A DNA stretch of 64,000 nt from an uncultured Prevotella sp. (GCA_946998295.1 CAMPYS010000001.1:35602-99601), one strand, 5' to 3'; positions 43,408 through 53,561 are shown, numbered from the stretch's first letter. The notes: generated from the sequence alone by a model not told the origin. Translations and numbers: made by a program.

Positions 43408-44484
43408 ATGAGAGATGTAACATTAATTATCGAAAACGGTAAAAAGTATCAAGGTAAATCTTTTGGATATGAAGAAGCTGTATCTGGAGAAGTTGTTTTT
43501 AATACAGCTATGGTTGGTTATCCTGAAAGTTTGACAGACCCATCGTATGAGGGACAAATGCTCGTTATGACTTATCCACTTATAGGAAATTACGGAGTTC
43601 CACCATTTACAATTGAAGATAATGGAATACCTAAATTTATGGAAAGTGATAGAATTCATGTAAGTGCTTTAATAGTATCGGATTATACAGAAAATTTCTC
43701 ACATTGGAATGCTGTTGAAAGTTTAAGTGAATGGTTAAAAAAGGAGAAAGTTCCAGGAATAACAGGTATTGATACACGTGAATTGACAAAAGAACTAAGA
43801 TCTCATGGCGTAATGATGGGAAGTATTATCTTTAATGATGAACCCAATAACATTCCTAAAGCAAACTATGAAAACGTAAATTTTGTAGAAAAAGTTTCAA
43901 CAAAAGAAATAATACACTATAATAAAGCTGGAAATAAAAAAGTTGTATTAGTTGATTGTGGAGTAAAAGCTAATATCATTAGAGAACTTATAAAAAGAGA
44001 TATTGAAGTTATAAGAGTGCCGTGGGACTATGATTACACTTCGCTAAATTTTGATGGTGTATTTATATCAAATGGACCAGGCAATCCAGATATCTGTAAG
44101 AAAACTGTTGAAGTTTTGCAAAAACAAATGCAAATTTCATCTAAACCAATATGTGGAATATGTATGGGCAATCAAATTTTGGCTAAGGCTGCTAATGCTA
44201 GTATTTATAAATTGAAATATGGAAATCGAGGACATAACCAACCAGTACAGCAATTTAAAACTAATAAATGTTATATAACATCTCAGAACCATGGTTATGC
44301 TGTTGATGCAAAAACTCTTAATAATGACTGGGAAGAATATTTTATTAATATGAATGATGGAAGTAACGAAGGGATAAGACATAAAACAAAACCTTGGTTT
44401 AGTGTACAATTCCACCCTGAAGCATCATCTGGACCAACTGATACTGAATTTATATTTGATAACTTTGTAGAGTCGCTAAAATAA
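43408..44484 (+). CDS. carA: carbamoyl-phosphate synthase small (glutaminase) subunit
   Basis: CPSase small-chain N-domain plus class-I GATase (GICMGNQIL…HGYAV…QFHPE). Confidence 0.9.
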   Translation: MRDVTLIIENGKKYQGKSFGYEEAVSGEVVFNTAMVGYPESLTDPSYEGQMLVMTYPLIGNYGVPPFTIEDNGIPKFMESDRIHVSALIVSDYTENFSHWNAVESLSEWLKKEKVPGITGIDTRELTKELRSHGVMMGSIIFNDEPNNIPKANYENVNFVEKVSTKEIIHYNKAGNKKVVLVDCGVKANIIRELIKRDIEVIRVPWDYDYTSLNFDGVFISNGPGNPDICKKTVEVLQKQMQISSKPICGICMGNQILAKAANASIYKLKYGNRGHNQPVQQFKTNKCYITSQNHGYAVDAKTLNNDWEEYFINMNDGSNEGIRHKTKPWFSVQFHPEASSGPTDTEFIFDNFVESLK

Positions 44485-47400
44485 TGAAAGATAGTTCAAT
44501 AAAAAAAGTCCTGATACTTGGATCAGGCGCATTAAAAATAGGTGAGGCAGGAGAATTTGATTATTCTGGTTCTCAAGCGCTTAAAGCGTTAAGAGAAGAA
44601 GGTATTTATACGGTACTCATCAACCCTAATATTGCTACAGTTCAAACATCAGAAGGTATAGCAGATCAAATATATTTTCTACCTATACAACCTTACTTTG
44701 TTGAACGTGTCATAAAAAAGGAAAAACCTGATGGTATTTTGCTTTCATTTGGAGGACAAACCGCATTAAACTGTGGTGTAGAACTTCATAAATTAGGGAT
44801 ACTGAAAAAATATAACTTAAAGGTACTTGGCACTCCTGTTGAAGCAATAATGAATACTGAAGACAGGGAATGCTTTGTTGAACAACTTGATGAGATAAAA
44901 GTTAATACTATCAAAAGTGAAGCATGTGAAACAATAACCCACGCACAAAAAGCAGCAAAAGCACTTGGATATCCTGTTATAATTCGTGCTGCTTATGCTT
45001 TAGGGGGCTTAGGGAGCGGATTTGCAGACAATGAAGACGAGTTAAATAAAATATGTAAAAAAGCATTTTCGTTTTCACCACAAGTTCTTGTAGAAAAAAG
45101 CTTAAAAGGCTGGAAAGAAATAGAGTATGAAGTAGTAAGAGATAAATACGATAATTGTATTACTGTATGTAATATGGAAAATTTAGATCCATTAGGTATT
45201 CATACAGGTGAATCTATTGTTATAGCACCATCCCAAACACTTAGTAACAGTGAGTATCATAAGCTACGGGAAATTTCCATAAAGATAGTTAGACATATTG
45301 GGATAGTAGGCGAATGTAATGTGCAATATGCACTTGACCCTGAAAGTGAAGATTATAGAGTCATTGAGGTTAATGCAAGACTTTCAAGATCATCAGCATT
45401 AGCTAGCAAAGCAACAGGATATCCGTTAGCGTTCGTAGCAGCAAAACTATCTATGGGGTATGGACTATTTGAATTAAAAAATTCTGTTACCAAAACTACA
45501 ACTGCATTTTTTGAGCCTGCGTTAGACTATGTTGTTTGTAAAATTCCAAAATGGGATTTAAGCAAATTTCATGGTGTAGATAAAGAGTTAGGCTCAAGTA
45601 TGAAGTCTGTTGGAGAAGTAATGTCTATAGGGCGTAATTTTGAAGAAGCTATTCAAAAAGGTTTACGAATGATAGGACAGGGTATGCACGGTTTTGTAGA
45701 AAATAAAGAATTAGAAATACAAGACATAAATGCAGCACTACATGAACCTACTGACAAACGTATATTTGTTATATCGAAAGCTTTTCAAAAGGGATATACG
45801 ATTGAAGAAATTTATCAATTGACAAAAATAGATATATGGTTTCTCGCAAAACTTAAACATATTATAGATATAGATACAGAACTAAAGAGCTATAACATTA
45901 ATACTTTAGAAAAGCAGATTATTCATAAAGCAAAAATATACGGTTTTACTGACTTCCAAATTGCACGTGCTATAGGATTAGAAAATGAAACGACAAATAT
46001 GCATAAAGCAATGTTGATCGTTAGACAGCTAAGAAAAAACTATGGTATACTACCCGTTATTAAACAAATAGATACACTTGCTGCAGAATTTCCTGCCCAA
46101 ACTAACTATTTATATGTTACTTATTCAGGCTCGGAATCAGACATAACATTTAATAATAACCACAATAACATTATTGTTCTTGGTTCTGGTGCTTATCGTA
46201 TAGGAAGTTCTGTAGAATTTGATTGGTGTGGGGTTCAAGCACTAAATACCATTAGAAAACAAGGATATAAGTCAATAATGATTAATTATAATCCTGAAAC
46301 AGTATCAACCGACTATGATATGTGTGACAGACTATATTTTGATGAACTCACTTTTGAGCGAGTTATGGATATTATAGAATTTGAAAATCCACATGGCGTA
46401 ATTATTTCAACTGGAGGACAAATACCTAATAATCTTGCAATGCTTCTTGATGCACAAAATGTTCCTATTTTAGGAACAAAAGCTACAGATATAGACAGAG
46501 CTGAAGATCGTGCAAAATTCTCTGCTATGCTAAATACCATAGGTGTTAACCAACCTGAATGGAAAGCATTAGATAAAATGGAAGACATACAAAAATTTGT
46601 AAATCGAGTTGGGTTCCCTGTTTTAGTAAGACCTTCGTATGTATTATCTGGTGCAGCTATGAATGTATGTTCTAATAGTAACGAATTAGAACGATTCCTT
46701 AAATTGGCAGCAAATGTAAGCGAAGATCATCCTGTCGTTGTAAGCAAATTCATAGAAAATGCTAAGGAAATAGAAATGGATGCAGTAGCACAAAATGGAG
46801 AGATTATAGCTTATGCAATATCCGAACATATAGAATTTGCAGGAGTTCACTCTGGTGATGCTACTATTCAATTTCCTCCACAAAAATTATATGTAGAAAC
46901 TGTAAGGAGAGTAAAACGTATTAGTAAGCAAATTGCAAAAACGCTACATATAAATGGACCATTTAATATTCAATTTATGGCAAGAGATAATGATATTCTT
47001 GTTATAGAATGTAATTTACGTGCTAGTCGTTCTTTCCCATTTGTAAGCAAAGTACTTAAAATTAATCTTATAGAACTTGCAACAAAAATAATGCTTAATA
47101 TTCATGTTGAAAAACCAAATAAAAATCTTTTTGACCTTGATTATGTAGGTATTAAAGCGAGTCAATTTTCTTTCAATCGATTACAAAAAGCAGACCCTGT
47201 ACTCGGAGTTGATATGAGTTCTACCGGTGAAGTTGGATGCATTGGTGATGATAAATCGACAGCACTTCTTAAGAGTATGCTATCGGTTGGATATAAAATT
47301 CCTAAAAAGAATATTCTTCTTTCTACAGGTGGAGCAAAACAGAAAGCGGAAATGTTAGATGCTGCAAAAACTTTAGTTACTAATGGTTTCAAACTATATG

Positions 47401-47708
47401 CGACATCTGGAACTTCAAAATATCTAACTGAAAACGGTGTTGAAAATACACTTGTATATTGGCCGTCAGATGAGGGAAAAACACCTCAAGCATTAGATTT
47501 ATTAAGTGAGAAAAAAATAGATATGGTAATTAATATACCTAAAAATCTGACAGTTCATGAACTTACTAATGGATATAAAATAAGACGCTCTGCTATTGAT
47601 TTTAATATACCACTATTAACTAATAGTCGTCTTGCTAGTGCTTTCATATCTGCATTTTGTAAAATCAAACTTGATGATATTGAAATTAAAGCATGGAGTG
47701 AATATTGA
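44484..47708 (+). CDS. carB: carbamoyl-phosphate synthase large subunit
   Basis: 1074 aa, duplicated ATP-grasp modules, MGS-like C-domain. The start overlaps the carA stop. Confidence 0.95.
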   Translation: MKDSSIKKVLILGSGALKIGEAGEFDYSGSQALKALREEGIYTVLINPNIATVQTSEGIADQIYFLPIQPYFVERVIKKEKPDGILLSFGGQTALNCGVELHKLGILKKYNLKVLGTPVEAIMNTEDRECFVEQLDEIKVNTIKSEACETITHAQKAAKALGYPVIIRAAYALGGLGSGFADNEDELNKICKKAFSFSPQVLVEKSLKGWKEIEYEVVRDKYDNCITVCNMENLDPLGIHTGESIVIAPSQTLSNSEYHKLREISIKIVRHIGIVGECNVQYALDPESEDYRVIEVNARLSRSSALASKATGYPLAFVAAKLSMGYGLFELKNSVTKTTTAFFEPALDYVVCKIPKWDLSKFHGVDKELGSSMKSVGEVMSIGRNFEEAIQKGLRMIGQGMHGFVENKELEIQDINAALHEPTDKRIFVISKAFQKGYTIEEIYQLTKIDIWFLAKLKHIIDIDTELKSYNINTLEKQIIHKAKIYGFTDFQIARAIGLENETTNMHKAMLIVRQLRKNYGILPVIKQIDTLAAEFPAQTNYLYVTYSGSESDITFNNNHNNIIVLGSGAYRIGSSVEFDWCGVQALNTIRKQGYKSIMINYNPETVSTDYDMCDRLYFDELTFERVMDIIEFENPHGVIISTGGQIPNNLAMLLDAQNVPILGTKATDIDRAEDRAKFSAMLNTIGVNQPEWKALDKMEDIQKFVNRVGFPVLVRPSYVLSGAAMNVCSNSNELERFLKLAANVSEDHPVVVSKFIENAKEIEMDAVAQNGEIIAYAISEHIEFAGVHSGDATIQFPPQKLYVETVRRVKRISKQIAKTLHINGPFNIQFMARDNDILVIECNLRASRSFPFVSKVLKINLIELATKIMLNIHVEKPNKNLFDLDYVGIKASQFSFNRLQKADPVLGVDMSSTGEVGCIGDDKSTALLKSMLSVGYKIPKKNILLSTGGAKQKAEMLDAAKTLVTNGFKLYATSGTSKYLTENGVENTLVYWPSDEGKTPQALDLLSEKKIDMVINIPKNLTVHELTNGYKIRRSAIDFNIPLLTNSRLASAFISAFCKIKLDDIEIKAWSEY

Positions 47709-47733
47709 TATTAGAATTTAGAAATAAAAAAAT

Positions 47734-47773
47734 TGCTACATAACTTTATATTAATTTATGTAGCATTTTTTTT
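47734..47773 (+). terminator. rho-independent terminator after carB
   Basis: 10-bp stem TGCTACATAA / TTATGTAGCA followed by TTTTTTTT. Confidence 0.65.
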
Positions 47774-47800
47774 ATTAATTGTTATATATAAAAATATTAG

Positions 47801-49048
47801 CTAAAATTTACCTGCATCACCTAAATAACTATCCTTAAAGCCAAGAAAATAAAGAACTCCATCCAGCCCCATAGTAGTGAGATTTTGTTCAGCTGTTTCT
47901 CTTACTCGTGGTTTTGCATGAAAAGCTATACCTAAGCCTGCTTCTGAAATCATTGGTAAATCATTTGCTCCATCACCAACTGCAATTGTTTGAGCTAAAT
48001 TTACTCTCTCTACTTGAGCTATTAACCGCAGTAATTCAGCTTTTCGCTTACCATCGACTATATCACCTATATATCTACCAGTAAGTTTATTATTTTCGTC
48101 TATTTCTAGTTCATTAGCATATACATAATCTATTCCATATTTTCTTTGTAGATATTCTCCAAAATATGTGAATCCACCACTTAAAATTGCTATCTTATAC
48201 CCACATCGTTTTAATACACTCATTAAACGATCAACTCCTTCAGTAATAGGTAAGTTTCGAGCAATTTCTTTCATCACAGAAACATCAAGACCTTTTAATA
48301 ATGCTACACGCTCTTTAAAACTTTCCTTAAAATCAATTTCGCCGTGCATAGCTCGCTCGGTAATCTCTGCTACTTCCTTACCGACTCCAGCTATTTTAGC
48401 CAACTCGTCTATACATTCTGTTTGAATTAATGTAGAGTCCATATCGAAACAAATCAATCTTCGCATACGCCTATACATATTATCTTTTTGGAAAGAGAAA
48501 TCAATACCTTGTTCTTGACTCATCTGCATTAAATCTGCTTGCATTTGGTCATAATTACTTGGTGTTCCTCTTAAAGAAAATTCAATACATGCACGAACAC
48601 TCTGATTTTTAGCCTTTATGCTTTGACGTCCTGTTAAACGTGTTATCGAATCAATATTCATGTCATATCGAGCAATGACCTCTGTAGTTGCTTCTATATT
48701 AGCAGCTGATAGTTGACGCCCTATAATGGTTAATATATAACGATTTTTACCTTGACGACTAACCCATTTTTCATATTCGTTATCGGTAACAGGTGAAAAT
48801 CCTATATTTATTCCTAATTCAGTAGCCTTAAATAATAAGGCTTTCATCACTTTTCCAGAATTTTCTTCAGTGGTTCTAATAAGTATTCCTAATGATAATG
48901 TAGCATGAATATCTGCTTGCCCTATATCCAAAATACGTGCATCATATTCTGCTAATACTGCCATAACTTCAGCAGTTAAACCGGGACGATCTTGTCCTGT
49001 AACTCTAATAAGTATTTGTTCCTCTTGTATATCTTTCGTCACTTTCAT
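47801..49048 (-). CDS. serB: phosphoserine phosphatase with N-terminal ACT domains
   Basis: HAD motifs ICFDMDSTLI … GDGANDLPMI. The N-terminal ~190 aa are ACT-like. Confidence 0.85.
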   Translation of the reverse strand: MKVTKDIQEEQILIRVTGQDRPGLTAEVMAVLAEYDARILDIGQADIHATLSLGILIRTTEENSGKVMKALLFKATELGINIGFSPVTDNEYEKWVSRQGKNRYILTIIGRQLSAANIEATTEVIARYDMNIDSITRLTGRQSIKAKNQSVRACIEFSLRGTPSNYDQMQADLMQMSQEQGIDFSFQKDNMYRRMRRLICFDMDSTLIQTECIDELAKIAGVGKEVAEITERAMHGEIDFKESFKERVALLKGLDVSVMKEIARNLPITEGVDRLMSVLKRCGYKIAILSGGFTYFGEYLQRKYGIDYVYANELEIDENNKLTGRYIGDIVDGKRKAELLRLIAQVERVNLAQTIAVGDGANDLPMISEAGLGIAFHAKPRVRETAEQNLTTMGLDGVLYFLGFKDSYLGDAGKF

Positions 49049-49079
49049 TATTTATATATGATATTCTAATTTGAAATTG

Positions 49080-49087
49080 CAAAATTA
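49080..49087 (-). promoter_or_regulatory. -7 promoter motif (TAatTTTG on minus strand) for serB
   Basis: The plus strand reads CAAAatTA 32 nt upstream of the serB start at 49048. Confidence 0.4.
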
Positions 49088-49159
49088 CTAATTTATAATA
49101 ATTCCAACAAATGAGAATTCTATATATAGAATAACCTTAAATATTTTTAATATCTTATA

Positions 49160-49732
49160 TCAATTTCTATTAACTGACACACAACACCAACGTGATATTT
49201 TTAGCATCATACTAATACCTGGTATTTCTTTTAATAAATAGTATTTCTTACTAGACCGTATAAGTCTACCTGTTATCCCCTTCAAAGGTCCATATTTAAC
49301 CAAAACTTTATCCCCTGTTTTTAATACAGCTTCGTCTGGAGTGATAAATTTACGTATTGTTATATCAGGGTTACACATCATACGAAATTCGTACATCTCT
49401 TTGTGTGTTATCAACGCATACTCGCGATTTGTCTTTGATTTGGTAATTACAGATATTTTATAATTTGCAGTATTTACCAGTTTTTTAAATTCAAGTAGAG
49501 AAATAGATAGTTTAACAAATAAAAGATTACGGACAACAGGCTTAAGATGTTTCCTAATATGCCCATCTTCCTTTTTTTCTACAACATATTCCATTGGAAC
49601 AAATGTTTCTATACCTCTTTCGGAAAAAAAGTTTTGAATATCAGTTATTTTATAAGTAAATATTCTTAATGCACACCATGGCTTTTCGTGGACAGATATT
49701 TTATCAGAATCATTTTTACAAGAATAGGTCAT
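49160..49732 (-). CDS. UpxY-family (NusG-paralog) transcription antiterminator
   Basis: 190 aa with KPWCALRIF…GIETFVPM…RNLLFVK N-terminal NGN-like region and a KOW-like GDKVLVKYGPLKGITGRLI motif. The pattern is typical of Bacteroidales UpxY proteins. Confidence 0.55.
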   Translation of the reverse strand: MTYSCKNDSDKISVHEKPWCALRIFTYKITDIQNFFSERGIETFVPMEYVVEKKEDGHIRKHLKPVVRNLLFVKLSISLLEFKKLVNTANYKISVITKSKTNREYALITHKEMYEFRMMCNPDITIRKFITPDEAVLKTGDKVLVKYGPLKGITGRLIRSSKKYYLLKEIPGISMMLKISRWCCVSVNRN

Positions 49733-49773
49733 ATTTTTAGCTATTTATAAAAGTATTCTACAACCAATAACAA

Positions 49774-50349
49774 CTATATGTTTAACCAATTTTCTAATAT
49801 TTGCTTCCCTTGAGGAGTTAGTATACTCTCAGGATGGAATTGTATTCCATAAATATTATATTTATTATGTTTTAAAGCCATTATATTATGATTAATATCC
49901 TCTGCTATAACTGATAAACATTTAGGAAAATTGTCTCTTGATACTATCCAACTATGATACCTTCCTACAAGAAAAGATTGTGGTAAGTTTCTAAATATAT
50001 CATTTGAATTAATTTTATATACTTCTGTTTGTTGTCCATGATAAACTTGATCTAAATTCATCAATATCCCACCAAACGCTTCAGCAATAGCTTGATGACC
50101 AAGACAAATACCTAAAATAGATTTTGTTTTAGCATACATATTAATTATATCTATTAACTTACCTGCTTTATTTGGTAAACCAGGTCCAGGACTTAAAAGA
50201 ATCTTATCATATTTAGACAATGATAGGATATCCAATTTGTTGTTTTTAAATACATCAACTATAACTCCTAACTCTCGTATTATACGAACAAGATTATATG
50301 TAAAAGAGTCATAATTATCAATTACAGCACAATGCTTCGCATCAGTCAT
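49774..50349 (-). CDS. pabA: class-I glutamine amidotransferase, anthranilate/aminodeoxychorismate synthase component II
   Basis: GICLGHQAI…FHPES catalytic triad context. Length 191 aa. PabB is encoded elsewhere in the window, so a PabA role is plausible; a TrpG role is not excluded. Confidence 0.75.
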   Translation of the reverse strand: MTDAKHCAVIDNYDSFTYNLVRIIRELGVIVDVFKNNKLDILSLSKYDKILLSPGPGLPNKAGKLIDIINMYAKTKSILGICLGHQAIAEAFGGILMNLDQVYHGQQTEVYKINSNDIFRNLPQSFLVGRYHSWIVSRDNFPKCLSVIAEDINHNIMALKHNKYNIYGIQFHPESILTPQGKQILENWLNI

Positions 50350-50391
50350 ATTATAGTAAACTTTCTATCTATCATTTTTAAAGATAGTTAC

Positions 50392-51021
50392 TCATTTTTT
50401 TTCCACTAATGATTTATTTATATTATAATTATAGTTAAATCCGCACAACATATGATGAACTATCTTTTTATCTAATAGTTTCTCATTTTTTATAGATAAT
50501 ATAAATGGAATATTTAATTTATATTGTTTTATAAGTTCATTAATTGGTTGTATATTTTCTGAAATATTAAACAAAAAATAATCAACTACTGAATTGTATT
50601 CATGACATTGCTCAAAATCTTCTATTTTTGATATATTTATTTGCTTAACAATTTTTATTTTTTTTACTATATCGGGTATAACAGAACTTCGAAGATTTTC
50701 TATCATTACTTTAGACTCTTTACCAAGTAATTCAATAATATTTAAATTAAAAATAACAATATTCGAAATTATAGTTTGGGGCATATCATCTTTAAATATT
50801 CCAACTAATTGCGCTTTTTTATGAATATTTAAACTATTACTATTTTTCCCATTTTCTGCTTCTGTTATTGAACTATAATCTGGTATTATCCCAGCTATTG
50901 AGTTATGTAATGGTAAGTAGTTAGGATTTTCTTTACAAAAATTAAGTCCTATCCAATTTATACCACAGTATATTACTTTATTGATTAAATCAAGTTTCGT
51001 AATATTCGCTTGTATTATCAT
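50392..51021 (-). CDS. hypothetical protein, weak TrpF (phosphoribosylanthranilate isomerase)-like TIM-barrel similarity
   Basis: VIYCGINWIGLNFCKENPNYL…VGIFKDDMPQTI…LNIIELLGKES loosely parallels TrpF GADxIGFVFxPKSPRYV…VGVFVN…LDxVQLHGDE. Low confidence. Confidence 0.25.
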   Translation of the reverse strand: MIIQANITKLDLINKVIYCGINWIGLNFCKENPNYLPLHNSIAGIIPDYSSITEAENGKNSNSLNIHKKAQLVGIFKDDMPQTIISNIVIFNLNIIELLGKESKVMIENLRSSVIPDIVKKIKIVKQINISKIEDFEQCHEYNSVVDYFLFNISENIQPINELIKQYKLNIPFILSIKNEKLLDKKIVHHMLCGFNYNYNINKSLVEKK

Positions 51022-51045
51022 ATTATATAATATTTATTTAAAATT

Positions 51046-51831
51046 TCAACCCATTCTCATAGTAGTTTTGCCATCGGTTGAAATTCGAAGCCTTACAACA
51101 TAGCTTGTAGATGCATCAGGAATACCAATAAGTATATTGTAGTATAATGCACGCCCATCTGAGTATGCAAATTCGAAGTTAGATAAAATACTTTTCTTTA
51201 AAAAACTTTGTTCTATCAGATTACTAAACTCTACCTTTCTAAAACTATGTGAATAAATTATTTTATTGTTATTAGTTATCAATAATTTTGCAACATTATC
51301 AAGATATGTACTTTCGACCTCGATTCCATTATCATTACAAGATGATTTTATAACTTTGTCGGATGTTGTTTCTATATTTATTTTGCTATGCAAAAATCCT
51401 ATAGTAGTACGTACTATTGTATCACTAACACTTTTTTCAAAGGTATTCATAGCATAAGGATGATATTCAAATAAAGGAAAAAGTTCTTTTGTATTACTTT
51501 TTATGAACTTAACCTCATCCCCATTAAGATTCACAATCCTAAATATATTATTTGTTTGTTTTACTATTTTATAACTGATAACAGAATTCCCTTTAAGATA
51601 AATAGAATCGTTATTTATCCAAAAACTTATAGGCATACTTGCAGAATCAGGATAAAAGATACTATCACCACGAACTAACATTGCAGGAATTGATGATCCA
51701 TCATCGACCATCCAAATTCCTTGCAATAACAACTTTGATTCTTTATCTTCTGTATTAGATTTATGCTGACAATTTACTACTATCAATGATACAATAAATA
51801 CACTAATAATAGTCTTAATTTTTAATTTCAT
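51046..51831 (-). CDS. hypothetical lipoprotein
   Basis: Signal peptide with Cys (LIVVNCQ). No recognised domain. The likely start is MKLKIK, not the upstream ORF-track start that overlaps rfbC. Confidence 0.35.
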   Translation of the reverse strand: MKLKIKTIISVFIVSLIVVNCQHKSNTEDKESKLLLQGIWMVDDGSSIPAMLVRGDSIFYPDSASMPISFWINNDSIYLKGNSVISYKIVKQTNNIFRIVNLNGDEVKFIKSNTKELFPLFEYHPYAMNTFEKSVSDTIVRTTIGFLHSKINIETTSDKVIKSSCNDNGIEVESTYLDNVAKLLITNNNKIIYSHSFRKVEFSNLIEQSFLKKSILSNFEFAYSDGRALYYNILIGIPDASTSYVVRLRISTDGKTTMRMG

Positions 51832-51859
51832 AATATTGTATCGTTTGGGATAACTCTTT

Positions 51860-52414
51860 TTATCCAAAAAGGTCTGCATTTTCCCATGAACAAGATTTAT
51901 TTAAATCCTTTTCTGAAAGGATTACTTCATTAGGATTAATTCCCCACTCTATTCCAACAGTTTTATCATTCCAGCGAAGAATTGCTTCACTATTGGGAGA
52001 GTAAACATTATCAACCTTATATGTAAACACAGCTTCATCACTTAACACTAAAAAACCATGAGCAAAACCGCGAGGAATAAATAGTTGATGTCTATTAGTT
52101 TCAGATAGCTCTACTGCGACATATTTTCCTATAGTTGGAGAGTTACGGCGTAAGTCAACAGCTACATCTAAAACTTTTCCACGTAATACACGAACAAGTT
52201 TAGCCTGGGAAAAAGTTCCTTTTTGATAATGTAAGCCTCTAAGAACTCCTTTTGTAGACATAGATTCATTATCTTGTATAAAATCAACATGATATCCTAT
52301 ATATTCATCAAACTCTGCCTGCTTCCATGCCTCATAAAAATATCCACGTGTATCTTTATATACATCAGGCTCCATCACCCAAACGCCTGCAATATCTGTC
52401 TTACTATATTTCAT
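51860..52414 (-). CDS. rfbC: dTDP-4-dehydrorhamnose 3,5-epimerase
   Basis: Cupin RmlC motifs (…RGLHYQ…AKLVRVLRGKVLDVAVDLR…FIPRGFAHGF…). Confidence 0.9.
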   Translation of the reverse strand: MKYSKTDIAGVWVMEPDVYKDTRGYFYEAWKQAEFDEYIGYHVDFIQDNESMSTKGVLRGLHYQKGTFSQAKLVRVLRGKVLDVAVDLRRNSPTIGKYVAVELSETNRHQLFIPRGFAHGFLVLSDEAVFTYKVDNVYSPNSEAILRWNDKTVGIEWGINPNEVILSEKDLNKSCSWENADLFG

Positions 52415-52474
52415 TATTTTGAGCTTTTATAGTTTTATATAATCTATAAAATTAATTAAGATTATAGATAGCGA

Positions 52475-52482
52475 CAAAGATA
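52475..52482 (-). promoter_or_regulatory. -7 promoter motif (TAtcTTTG on minus strand) for rfbC
   Basis: The plus strand reads CAAAgaTA 61 nt upstream of the rfbC start at 52414. Confidence 0.35.
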
Positions 52483-52576
52483 ATAAAATTTATTTGCAAA
52501 CAAAAAGATTTGAAATAAAAATACTATTCATTGTATAGTTTTTATTTTATAAATATAGTTATTAATGTTTTTTGTA

Positions 52577-52584
52577 TAAATTTG
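52577..52584 (+). promoter_or_regulatory. -7 promoter motif TAaaTTTG immediately upstream of ATG 52591 (leaderless-type)
   Basis: The motif ends 6 nt before the ATG of the HU-SPOR gene. Confidence 0.35.
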
Positions 52585-52590
52585 CAATCA

Positions 52591-53538
52591 ATGATAAATA
52601 TTGATAGACATATTCAACAACTTTTATTAGTAAATGACTGCGTTATTGTTCCTGGATTAGGTGGTTTTGTAGCACATAAAGTTGATGCAAAATACGATTC
52701 TGAACATAATGTGTTTTACCCTCCTAAAAGAACTATTGGATTTAATCCTATTCTTAAAATGAATGATTCACTATTAACACAATCATTAATAGAAACTTAT
52801 GATATTAGCTATCCTGAAGCTATGAATAAAATAGAAGAGGTAGTAGATAATATTATAAAAAATATTGATGAAGGGCGTGAATTTAAAATTGAAGCAATAG
52901 GAAAATTACGGAAGGAATCAAATGGGAAAATTAAATTCATACCCTATGAAATGGGAATTGCTTCACCTAACTTTTATGGCTTAAGCAGTTTAAACTTAAG
53001 TTTAAAAGAAAATATTTATCAATTTAATAATACCTTATCCATAAATAATAAATTTAAAGGAAAGATTATAGCTATAGACAATAGCGATAAAAATGATAAG
53101 AGATTAAGCATAAGTCTAAAAGCAGTTAAAGATGTATGTGTTGCAGCATCTATTTTAGCAGCTATTTTCATAGGAGGATTTAATACAACAACCAATAACA
53201 GTAATACTAATAAACAAGAATTAAAAAGTGAAATTTTTTCACCTCTTTTAGAATCAAATAAATTCTTTGCGAAAAAAAACATTCCTATAGAACATAAAGA
53301 CTTTAAAAGTTTTTGGACTTTAGTTTTGGCAAGTCATGTTACTAAGGATAATGCTATAATTTTTATAAATGAATTAAAAAGACAAGGTTTTACAAATACA
53401 AGACTTCATGTCAGTACAGGAAGTAATAAAGTTATTTTTGGGCAGTTCCATTCACAAAATGATGCTATCAAAGCACTTAATAATCTTAAAACTTATAATG
53501 AATTTCAACAAGCTTGGATACTTAAAATAGACAATTAA
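52591..53538 (+). CDS. SPOR-domain protein with N-terminal HU-like (HU-CCDC81) DNA-binding domain
   Basis: N-terminus MINIDRHIQQLLLVNDCVIVPGLGGFVAH (HU-CCDC81_bac-like). Central TM/linker region. C-terminal SPOR-like repeat (…FWTLVLASHVTKDNAIIFINELKRQGF…). The ORF-track start at 52531 is probably too long. Confidence 0.55.
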   Translation: MINIDRHIQQLLLVNDCVIVPGLGGFVAHKVDAKYDSEHNVFYPPKRTIGFNPILKMNDSLLTQSLIETYDISYPEAMNKIEEVVDNIIKNIDEGREFKIEAIGKLRKESNGKIKFIPYEMGIASPNFYGLSSLNLSLKENIYQFNNTLSINNKFKGKIIAIDNSDKNDKRLSISLKAVKDVCVAASILAAIFIGGFNTTTNNSNTNKQELKSEIFSPLLESNKFFAKKNIPIEHKDFKSFWTLVLASHVTKDNAIIFINELKRQGFTNTRLHVSTGSNKVIFGQFHSQNDAIKALNNLKTYNEFQQAWILKIDN

Positions 53539-53561
53539 ATATATTTTTCCGCTTCATATAC

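Noticed and set aside
52531-52590. Longer N-terminal start of the HU-SPOR ORF (and similarly 57222 for nspC, 297 for the PI-PLC lipoprotein, 51879 for the lipoprotein, 61352 TTG for the secreted protein)
   Set aside because: The extensions add nonconserved hydrophobic residues, overlap promoter motifs or the upstream gene, and the internal Met gives a canonical domain or signal-peptide start.
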